A stretch of 42,600 nucleotides of DNA, from positions 1-42,600 of the forward strand of contig JANNND010000007.1 of NCBI GenBank assembly GCA_031398365.1, written 5' to 3'. The first letter of the stretch is position 1, and every line of letters starts with the position of its first letter. A program made the position numbers and the translations under genes. The notes beneath the pieces were generated by a model. It ran no database searches and was not told the origin of the DNA. It worked only from the letters and a program-made list of their open reading frames with translations. This DNA comes from Blastocatellia bacterium (GTDB lineage Bacteria; Acidobacteriota; Blastocatellia; RBC074). Positions 27,095-35,339 of this stretch are shown piece after piece.

Positions 27095-27925
27095 CTACAT
27101 TCTGAATTTTTCACCCAGATAAACTCGTCTGACCTCTGGGTCGGTCGTTAGTGCGTGTGGCGTTCCGGTGCGGAAAATTTGTCCTTCGTTGATGATGTAA
27201 GCGCGATTCGTAATCTCTAATGCTTCCCGCACATTATGATCTGTTATCAAAACACCAATGCCGCGATCACGCAAGCCCTTAATAATTTGTTGGATGTCAT
27301 CAATCGCCTTGGGATCAATACCAGCAAAGGGTTCATCAAGCAAGATGAATTTAGGCTCAATGGTCAGGCAGCGCGCAATTTCTGTGCGCCGTCGCTCTCC
27401 GCCCGAAAGTGCATATCCTTTATTACGTCGCACATGGCCAAGATGGAAATCTTCCAACAACTGTTCCAGCTTCGCGCGCCGTTCCGCGCGGGAAAGCTTG
27501 AGCGTTTCCAAAATGGCAAGGATGTTTTCCTCAACCGTCAGTTTGCGAAAAACCGATGCCTCCTGCGGTAAATAACTAATGCCATTGCGCGCCCGTTTAT
27601 GGATCGGAAGCCGGGTAATATCCTGCCCGCCCAGCAAAATCTGCCCGGCATCGGGTCGCTCCAAACCGAGCACCATATAAAAAGTCGTAGTTTTTCCCGC
27701 GCCGTTTGGGCCTAATAAGCCGACAATTTCCCCCGGTTGCACAACAATGGAAATATTGTCCACAACACAGCGACCGCGATAAGATTTTTTGAGATTTTCA
27801 GCCCGTAATGAATGCGCTAAGTTGAGATTATTGGTCGGCGGGACTGCCTCCGATTCTAAGCGGGGCGGGGTTTGAATTTTGCTCGTAATTTCGCTCTCAA
27901 TGAGCTGCTCTTGTGAATCGGTCAC
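27095..27925 (-). CDS. lptB: LPS export ABC transporter ATPase
   Basis: [50 protein letters not shown]. Confidence 0.96.
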   Translation of the reverse strand: MTDSQEQLIESEITSKIQTPPRLESEAVPPTNNLNLAHSLRAENLKKSYRGRCVVDNISIVVQPGEIVGLLGPNGAGKTTTFYMVLGLERPDAGQILLGGQDITRLPIHKRARNGISYLPQEASVFRKLTVEENILAILETLKLSRAERRAKLEQLLEDFHLGHVRRNKGYALSGGERRRTEIARCLTIEPKFILLDEPFAGIDPKAIDDIQQIIKGLRDRGIGVLITDHNVREALEITNRAYIINEGQIFRTGTPHALTTDPEVRRVYLGEKFRM

Positions 27926-27935
27926 GCTTCCAATT

Positions 27936-30176
27936 TTAACCTCGCTTTTTGATGCGGTGCGTCGTTTTTACACGCTTTGTACCGCCCTCATCAGTGGCCG
28001 TGATCTTAGCATCGCGTAAATGCAAAGTCAATTTTGCCCCTTTTGATGTGGCATCGTTTTCACGGTCTTCAATCGTGGCTAAATTGCCCGTCAATATTGC
28101 TTCATCTGTCGCCGCCGTGTACTCCAATTGATTGCCTTTTCCCACGCGCAAGGGCTGTGTCAGCACCACTTCACGCTGGGCCACGAAGCGCGTCATTTTG
28201 TACTCTTCATCCAAGGTCACGTCCGCTGTTGCCGCATCAATTTGATCCGTTCCCTGCCGCATCTTAACCTTGTTCGTATAGCGCAAAAGCTTGTCATTAT
28301 CGAAGTAATGAATCTGGTCTGCCGCGCCAAAAACCGGCACCACTGCTTTCTTACCTTATTCAACTTCGCGCTCGAAATTATAGAGCGCAGATTGGGCATT
28401 GCCTGTCGCAATCATGGTGCGCTCGCCATTGTCGAGTTCCAGCATATCGCCCCGCACAAAATTGTCATCCTGCCACGCGCGCGCATTGCCTTCGTACTTG
28501 GCCGCGTTTTCCCGATGCCGAAACGTCGCCCGGTCTGATGAAACGAATACTGGTGCTTTACTTTTTCTGAATGGAGCCGCGCCATTCGTCGTCTCTCGGC
28601 TGTAATACGTCGTGCGCACGCGTGTTCGTGCAAGGCTTTCGCCGGTGTCAATGTTCGCATCAATTTCCTGCGCATCGGTGCGTGCAACGTTGTCCCACAA
28701 CTGCGGCTTGCCCCGCATCAGCACAGTGCGCGAAGCGGCAAGGTAATTGGCTTTGGCGGCGGTCGCATGTCGTTCGCCCTCATCCAGTTTAGCGTTGCCG
28801 TCCACGATGACTTCGGTGACTTCCTGCGTCCCTGCTTCCAGTAACGCCGTCAATTTGTTGCCCGTTAGTGTGCGCTTGACGCGCTTCTTGTCAGGTTGCA
28901 TCGGCACAAATTCCGCGACCGCATTGGTTTCGGCCAGGAAGGTTTTCAGGTCATTGCCAGTGTCAAAAAAATCTGCCGTAAACTTGGGCGCACGCAATTT
29001 TTTGACTTCGGCCTGCGGCGATGAAACCAACGGCGTGACGGTCAACGTTGCATTGCCATTGGCCTCTGCTTTGGCCAGATATTTTCCGCCGGGATGATAC
29101 GTGACATTGGCGCCATCGGCTTCGATCACGCGTTCAGCATTCTTTTCGGTTTTTTCAGCGGGCGTAATTTTCATTACGGTACGCCCGGTGGTCACTACCG
29201 TAGTCAACTCACTTACCTTCTCTTGCGGCTTGTAATTCGCTTCCAGGCGTTCGGCTATGATTTCACGCGGCGCATCTTTTTCCAGCGAGCGCGCGACGGC
29301 CTTGCCTGTCGCCACGGCCTTGAGCAGGCGTTGCTGATCGTCAAAGTAAAAGTCCATATCTTTCGCCGCGATTTCCTGCTGCTTGCCCTTTTCCTGCGAC
29401 TTCAAATAGCTATTGCCACGCGCTTCCACGCGTTCGATCTTGTCCGTGTTTTTAATGTAAAAACCTGTGATCAGGTCTGCCTTGCCGAATTGCTCGCCTT
29501 GCGTAATCTGTGCATTGCCTGTGAGTTTGACGATGCCGTCGAGTTGTAGGTAATCCGCCCGGTCGCCTTTGAGATCAAGCGGCGAGCCTTTGGGGTCTTT
29601 GGACGCGATAATGACGTGCGCGTCTTTCAATAAAGCGAGCTTCTTTTCCTTGACCTGAAGCGTTGCGCCAAGGCTGGAGCCGCTCAACTCGGCGCGCTTA
29701 AAATTCACCGCAACTTCGCTCGCCGCAAGTTGCGTTTTTAGATCGTATTTCAGCACTTCTGTTGTTACTTCCAAACCTTCAGCATTGGTCGCCACGACGT
29801 GTCCGCTGAATAGGGCGAGGTCTTTGTCTTGCTGTAGCTCACCTTTGTCCGACTTGATCCGTCCGTTCTCTTTGCCAGCGTCGTCATAGCCAGTGACTTC
29901 CAGTTTTTCCATTTCGTGTCGTCCACTTACATAACTTATGTCTTTAGCCGCAACGACCTTGAATTTCGGCTTGCCATTGACGCTGCTAATGTATTCGTAC
30001 CCTTCTGTAATCGCCAGAATTTCATCGCCCAAGCGCGATGGTCCGCGCTCCACCGGTGGAATCTCTTGGCGTTTGTTGCGGTATTTAATAAAGGCGAGCA
30101 CCAAAATGCCAATGATCCCCACCAGCAGTGCCAAGGATAATAACCGACCGAAAGAATGCAATTTGTCTCTCCACAT
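27936..30176 (-). CDS. LptC/LptA (multi-OstA domain) LPS export protein, split by an in-frame TAA at 28356-28358
   Basis: N-terminal TM anchor, repeated beta-jellyroll segments, position upstream of lptB; ORFs 28356-30209 and 27936-28343 are in the same frame ([11 protein letters not shown]). Confidence 0.8.
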
Positions 30177-30235
30177 AAAATGGATTGTAGGGGGTGCGAT
30201 AGGCAACATTCAAACAGTGCGCACCGATTGCCGAC

Positions 30236-30264
30236 TTGACCAATGCGCCGCAGATGCGTAAGAT
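30236..30264 (+). promoter_or_regulatory. Sigma70 promoter of tRNA-His with GC-rich discriminator
   Basis: TTGACC-N17-TAAGAT followed by GCGTCGCG. Confidence 0.65.
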
Positions 30265-30291
30265 GCGTCGCGTTATTGATCTTTCCTATGT

Positions 30292-30369
30292 GGCGGGTAT
30301 AGCTCAGTTGGTTAGAGCGCCAGATTGTGGCTTTGGAGGTCGTGGGTTCGAGACCCACTACTCGCCCCA
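30292..30369 (+). tRNA. tRNA-His (GUG)
   Basis: G-1, acceptor GCGGGTA/TACTCGC, D-arm AGCTCAGTTGGTTAGAGC, anticodon loop TTGTGGC, T-loop GGTTCGAGACC, C73, encoded CCA. Confidence 0.97.
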
Positions 30370-30406
30370 TTCCTCCTCAAATTCTTAATCTGAATTTAAC
30401 TTCTCT

Positions 30407-30522
30407 TCAATCCAATCTCTTCCTGAAACTCGCGTCGTGCTGCGATCATAAACGCGCAATGTTCATCGGCGCTCGTACTCAATTCCTCTGCGCCTTGTCA
30501 TAAATCCTGATGATTTACAGTT
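30407..30522 (-). pseudogene. Decayed duplicate of the 3' end of the HD-domain gene
   Basis: Aligns without gaps to 31349-31464; translates TVNHQDL*QGAEELSTSADEHCAFMIAARREFQEEIGL versus TVNRQDLWQGAEELGLSFDEHCAFVIAALREIQEEIGL. Confidence 0.85.
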
Positions 30523-30573
30523 ACGCTTGCGAGATGTCTTGTTTGTGTTAGGCTTGGCAGCGGAGTTGAAGTT

Positions 30574-30831
30574 ATGACCACCGTCCAAATAGATTTGCCA
30601 GCCGAATTGCTGCAAGCTGCCAATGTGCAGATGAACTCGTTTGCTGTTGCGAAACTGCTGGCGTTGGAACTGTTCCGCGAAGGCGTGGTGTCGTTGGGAC
30701 GTGCGGCAGAATTATGCAATGCGCCACTGGCTGAGTTTATGGAGTTTGCTGCCGCACGAGAAGTGCCGTTGCATTATACGTCGGATGACCTTACGCAAGA
30801 TCGTCAACTGATTGAAAGTTTATCGTTGTGA
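30574..30831 (+). CDS. UPF0175 family putative antitoxin
   Basis: ALELFREGVVSLGRAAELC...EFM...YTSDDL; GGAG RBS; 4-nt GTGA overlap with the PIN gene. Confidence 0.85.
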   Translation: MTTVQIDLPAELLQAANVQMNSFAVAKLLALELFREGVVSLGRAAELCNAPLAEFMEFAAAREVPLHYTSDDLTQDRQLIESLSL

Positions 30832-31325
30832 TCGTCGTTTCTAACGCTTCGCCATTGATTAGTCTCTCGAAGTTGGGACAATTCGATTTGCTCACTCGCC
30901 TTTTTACCGAAATCATTATTGCACCGGAAGTCTGGGATGAAGTTGTAGTCAAAGGCGCAGGGCTGCCCGGCGCAACTGAAGTGCAGCAAGCTTCGTGGAT
31001 TCGTGTTGAGCCAGTAAACAATGCTGCGCAACTGGCAACTTGGCAAGCGCAACATAATCTTGGTTTGGGCGAGCTTGCCACGATTTTACTGGCAAAAGAG
31101 TTGATCGCAGATTTGGTGTTGATTGATGAGCGACGTGCCAGGTTGCTGGCACAGGCAGAAGGCGTTTCGCCCTTTGGGGCAATTGAGATGCTGGAACTTG
31201 GTTATCGGAAAGGTGAGATCGCGGACTTGCGGCAAGCGTATCAATCGTTGCTCGCCGTCGGAGCCAGAGTGGATCGGCGCGTTCTCAATCAGAGCTTGGC
31301 TGCGGTTTCCTTACCTCTGTTGTGA
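30828..31325 (+). CDS. DUF3368 PIN-domain putative toxin
   Basis: VVSNASPLI, EVWDEV, LGLGELATILLA, VLIDERRAR. Confidence 0.88.
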   Translation: MIVVSNASPLISLSKLGQFDLLTRLFTEIIIAPEVWDEVVVKGAGLPGATEVQQASWIRVEPVNNAAQLATWQAQHNLGLGELATILLAKELIADLVLIDERRARLLAQAEGVSPFGAIEMLELGYRKGEIADLRQAYQSLLAVGARVDRRVLNQSLAAVSLPLL

Positions 31326-31331
31326 GCTTAC

Positions 31332-31898
31332 TCAACCCTCACTTTGTCTCAATCCAATCTCTTCCTGAATCTCCCGCAATGCCGCAATCACGAACGCGCA
31401 ATGTTCATCGAAGCTCAATCCCAACTCTTCCGCGCCCTGCCATAAATCCTGACGATTCACTGTGCGCGCAAACGCTTTGTCTTTGATCTTTTTTTTGACC
31501 GACAACACTTTCAGCGTATCCAAACTCTTGTCCGCTCGCACGAGCGCGCAGGCCGTCAAAAAGCCACACAATTCATCCGTCGCAAACAGCGTATGTTCCA
31601 GCAGGCTTTCGCGTTTCACTCCCGTGTAATCAGCGTGCGAGAGAATCGCGCGAATGACCTCTTCGCTGTAGCCTTTGGCGCGCAATGTTGCGGAGGCGAG
31701 TTGCGGGTGGCGCTGGTCGGGATAGCGTTCGTAATCGAAGTCGTGCAACAGGCCGACAAGGCCCCATTGGGCTTCATCCCTTCCATACTTTTTCATGGCA
31801 TATTCGACGGCGCGGGCGTGTTTGCGCAGGCTTTCGCTGCGCGTCCATTCGCATAATAATTCCCACGCTTCCTGCCGGGTTGGTAATGGTGTTGCCAG
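31332..31898 (-). CDS. HD (HDIG) domain metal-dependent phosphohydrolase, probable CTG start
   Basis: GLLHDFDYE, ILSHA, DELCGF, KDKAFAR; the in-frame conserved N-terminus PTRQEAWELLCEWTRSESLRKH lies upstream of ATG 31796. Confidence 0.85.
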   Translation of the reverse strand: MATPLPTRQEAWELLCEWTRSESLRKHARAVEYAMKKYGRDEAQWGLVGLLHDFDYERYPDQRHPQLASATLRAKGYSEEVIRAILSHADYTGVKRESLLEHTLFATDELCGFLTACALVRADKSLDTLKVLSVKKKIKDKAFARTVNRQDLWQGAEELGLSFDEHCAFVIAALREIQEEIGLRQSEG

Positions 31899-31979
31899 GC
31901 AAAATTCTTCTCACTGGAAGCCACAAAATTGCGGTTTGCGGCGCAATTGTTTCGGAAGTTTCACCGAATTTTCTCAATC

Positions 31980-32014
31980 TTTACACCACTCTTACAAGTT
32001 TACAAACTCTTTAC
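31980..32014. promoter_or_regulatory. Two pairs of 11-bp-period (T/C)TTACA direct repeats, candidate OmpR/CpxR-type response-regulator boxes
   Basis: TTTAC 31980, CTTAC 31991, TTTAC 31999, TTTAC 32010. Confidence 0.4.
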
Positions 32015-32151
32015 ATCTTAAGGGTTTCTTTTCTGAAACTCCTCTGAAAAGATAGTCGTCTATACCAACGTAGTAGTTGGCATTACATCAGAAACCCACA
32101 GTCAATCAAAACAAAAGACAAGAGGGTTCAGCAGAGACTAGAGAATTGATT

Positions 32152-35127
32152 ATGAAAAATCCTATGCGCAAATTTCTTATTATTTTAAGCCTCGCAGTTT
32201 GGGCTTGTAGCTTACAAATTTTAGCCCAAACCCCACCAGCGACGGGCAGCAACTTGCGCGGGCAAGTAGTGGATGATGTAGACGCGGTGATTCCCGGCGC
32301 AAAAGTTACGCTGGTGTTGCCGGGCGGCAAATCACGCGTGGTCACCAGTGGTGCTGACGGGACATTCAGCATCCCCGGTGTGGCTCCGGGCGTGTACAAC
32401 TTCTTTGTCCAAATGAAAGATTTCAAGCCGTTTGTGATTAGCGATTTGAAGCTGCCGAAAGATGATGCTTTGAAAGTCATCATGTCGGTGGGCGATGTGG
32501 AAATTGCGACGGATGTGATTGGCGAGGCGGCTGGCGTTTCGGTCGAACCCGATCAGAATTTGACGGCGACTGTGCTGGATGAAAATTTCATCAAAGACCT
32601 GCCCAATAATGAAGATGATCTGCGCGATGTATTGCAGGCCTTAGCTGGGCCGGGCGCAGGCGCAGGCAGCGGCGGACAAAGCGGAGCCGAAATCATGGTC
32701 AATGGTTTTCGCGGCGGCAGACTGCCACCCAAAGAAGCCATCATGAAGATCACGATCAATCAGAATCCCTACTCAGCGGAATTCTCGCAGCCAGGGTTTG
32801 GTCGCATCGAGATTATGACCAAACCGGGCAACGACAACTGGCGCGGTTCTATTAACACCAGCTTCCGCAATTCCGCGCTGGATGCGCGCAATGCCTTTGC
32901 GTTGACGAAGCCGGATATGAACCAACAGCAGTTTGGTTTCAACCTGAGTGGGCCACTCATCAAAAAGAAAATGTCGTTCTTCGCCAATCTGGATCGCACG
33001 GGCTTTAGTGGTGGCAGCAATACTAACGCGATTCTCCCCTCCGGCCCGTTTGTGGCCAATGTGCTGGCCCCCAACGATAATCTGAGATTCAATATTCGGG
33101 TTGACTATTTAATTAACCAGAAGAACACCTTGGGCGTGAGCTACAACCGTTCGCAGCGCAATAGTGAGAATCAGGAATTTGCCGTGAACTTCGGTGGCGG
33201 CTTCGGCTTTGGACGGCCTGGCGGCGGTGGTGGCGGCGGTTTTGGTGGTGGCGGCGCGGGCGGAAGCGTGAACTTCACATTGCCGGAACGCGGCACTGAT
33301 TCCAAGAGTGCAGGCAATGATTTGCAGATTATTGGTACTAGCATCCTGTCCTCGCGCTTAATTAACGAAGCACGATTACGGATGGGCTATGACACGCGCA
33401 ATACTGCCGCTCGGACACAGGGAGTCGCGATCAATGTGCTGGATGCGTTCAGTGGCGGCGGCTCTCCCAATAGCATCAGCAATACGCGTCAGTTCGATTA
33501 CGAGATTCAGGATTACCTGACGTACTCCTTAAAGAAGCACACGCTCAAAGGTGGGTTTCAGACGCAATACGTTAAGCAATACAGCTACAGCCTGAGCAAC
33601 TTCAACGGCACGTATACTTTTCCCAGCTTGGATTACTACAACTGCATTGTCGCAGGAAGAAACGATTGTACGGTCAGCGGACGTGGTATTTATCAATTCA
33701 CTACCAATACTGGCGCGCCCGTCATTCGCTACGGTCAACATGAGTCTTCCTGGTTTGTAAATGATGACTATCGTCTAAGTCAGGCCTTAACCGTGTCCTT
33801 CGGACTACGGCATGAGTTCCAAACGAACCTGCCCGATAAAAATAATTTCGCTCCTCGTTTGGGCATTGCGTGGTCCCCCTTCAAGGATCGCAAGACGACG
33901 TTCCGCGCGGGTGCTGGCATCTTCTATCAACGCCTGAACGATAGTCAGTATGGACAAACGCTGCGTTTTGATGGCTCCACGCAAATCAGTTACGTGATTC
34001 AGAATCCGACCTTCAATCCCAATTATAAACCGGGTGATCCGTTGCCGGGCGTGTCCAGCACGAATGTGCAAAATACCAACGTCACGGTGCTGGACCCAAA
34101 TATGAAGGCGCCGTATTCGTACAACTACAACGGCAGCATCGAGCGGCAGTTGCCCCTGGGCTTAGTGGCTTCGGTTAACCTGCTCTACTCCAAGAGTCAT
34201 CACGTGTTCCGTACCCGCAATACCAATGCGCCACGGCTTGCATTGTTGACTTCTCCAACGGGTAATATTAATGCCACTCGACCGGATCCGCTCAAGGGCA
34301 ACATCACGCAAATTGAGGCTTCGGCGCAATCAGATTTCAAGGCAATGTTTGTTCGCCTAGATCGTCGCATGGGACGCCGCTTCTCTTTCTTTGCCAACTA
34401 TTCATTGACGGATATTCAGAGCGATGCCGGAGTCCCCGCGAACAACTATGATCTGCGTGGTGAATGGGCCCCGATTTCCAATCGGCATAGCTTCTTCGTG
34501 ATGGGACGTATTTCGTTGCCGAAAGGCATTGGACTCAGTCCGATCTTCTCGCTTCGCAGCGGCTCGCCCTACAACATTACGATTGGGCAGGATGCCAACC
34601 GGGATACGAGCTTTAATGATCGCCCAGCCGGAATTAATCGGAATGCGGATTTACCCGTAAGTGCTTATTCACAGGTGACAGGTTGTCGTTCAGTCGGTGC
34701 TGGCGGGACTTGTTTACAGACCTTTGCGGATTACCTGACGCTGAATTTCCCCAACGGTGTCCGCGCGATTGGGCCAAAGAATGTCAGCATGAATTTGAAT
34801 GTGAGCAAAACCTTTGGCTTCGGCAAACGTGACAGCAACCCGAATGCGGCAGGCGGCGGAATGGGTGGTGGAATGGGCGGCGGCGGTGGACGCGGCGGTG
34901 GCGGTGGGCGTGGTGGTGGAATGGGCGGCCCAATGGGCGGCATGATGGGCGGTGGCGGCGCAGAAGGCGCGCGCTATTCGCTGCAAGTGCAAGCGCAGGT
35001 CACCAACATCCTGAACAAAGTCAACTTTGGTCAATATGGCGGCACCTTGACTTCGCCTTACTTTGGCATCGCGAACAGTTCTGCTCCTGGTCGGCAAATT
35101 GAGTTGAGTGCCAGATTTAGTTTCTAG
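32152..35127 (+). CDS. TonB-dependent receptor-like protein (carboxypeptidase-regulatory-like N-terminus) with two Gly-rich inserts
   Basis: Signal peptide, LRGQVVD...IPGAKV, NPYSAEF...GRIEIMTKPG, NNFAPRLGIAWSP, C-terminal RFSF; start set at ATG 32152. Confidence 0.88.
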   Translation: MKNPMRKFLIILSLAVWACSLQILAQTPPATGSNLRGQVVDDVDAVIPGAKVTLVLPGGKSRVVTSGADGTFSIPGVAPGVYNFFVQMKDFKPFVISDLKLPKDDALKVIMSVGDVEIATDVIGEAAGVSVEPDQNLTATVLDENFIKDLPNNEDDLRDVLQALAGPGAGAGSGGQSGAEIMVNGFRGGRLPPKEAIMKITINQNPYSAEFSQPGFGRIEIMTKPGNDNWRGSINTSFRNSALDARNAFALTKPDMNQQQFGFNLSGPLIKKKMSFFANLDRTGFSGGSNTNAILPSGPFVANVLAPNDNLRFNIRVDYLINQKNTLGVSYNRSQRNSENQEFAVNFGGGFGFGRPGGGGGGGFGGGGAGGSVNFTLPERGTDSKSAGNDLQIIGTSILSSRLINEARLRMGYDTRNTAARTQGVAINVLDAFSGGGSPNSISNTRQFDYEIQDYLTYSLKKHTLKGGFQTQYVKQYSYSLSNFNGTYTFPSLDYYNCIVAGRNDCTVSGRGIYQFTTNTGAPVIRYGQHESSWFVNDDYRLSQALTVSFGLRHEFQTNLPDKNNFAPRLGIAWSPFKDRKTTFRAGAGIFYQRLNDSQYGQTLRFDGSTQISYVIQNPTFNPNYKPGDPLPGVSSTNVQNTNVTVLDPNMKAPYSYNYNGSIERQLPLGLVASVNLLYSKSHHVFRTRNTNAPRLALLTSPTGNINATRPDPLKGNITQIEASAQSDFKAMFVRLDRRMGRRFSFFANYSLTDIQSDAGVPANNYDLRGEWAPISNRHSFFVMGRISLPKGIGLSPIFSLRSGSPYNITIGQDANRDTSFNDRPAGINRNADLPVSAYSQVTGCRSVGAGGTCLQTFADYLTLNFPNGVRAIGPKNVSMNLNVSKTFGFGKRDSNPNAAGGGMGGGMGGGGGRGGGGGRGGGMGGPMGGMMGGGGAEGARYSLQVQAQVTNILNKVNFGQYGGTLTSPYFGIANSSAPGRQIELSARFSF

Positions 35128-35193
35128 TTTTCTCTGGGGTTCATGCCCCTAATACTTGATTTTTCTCTAGTCCGAAATAACCTGGGTTACTAC

Positions 35194-35237
35194 GCCTCAC
35201 GCAATGACAAATCGTCAAAGCGTGAGGCTCTTTTTTT
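35194..35237 (+). terminator. Intrinsic terminator
   Basis: GCCTCACGC...GCGTGAGGC stem then TCTTTTTTT. Confidence 0.8.
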
Positions 35238-35242
35238 GGGCC

Positions 35243-35271
35243 TTGCCAGCCTCCGTCGCAACTCATACAAT
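35243..35271 (+). promoter_or_regulatory. Sigma70 promoter for the monooxygenase-fdhD operon
   Basis: TTGCCA-N17-TACAAT. Confidence 0.6.
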
Positions 35272-35339
35272 GACAGCGCTTACCGCATGCAAATCCATAG
35301 TTGGAAGCTTGAATCAACAAAACACCTGGGGAAAAAGTC

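Noticed and set aside
30292-30420. Prophage or island integrated at tRNA-His
   Set aside because: No duplicated tRNA 3' end and no integrase seen in the window
30407-31464. DGR template/variable repeat pair
   Set aside because: Mismatches are not adenine-specific on either strand, and no reverse transcriptase is present
32077-32092. Sigma54 promoter TTGGCA upstream of the second TonB receptor
   Set aside because: No GC at the -12 position (GG-N10-GA)
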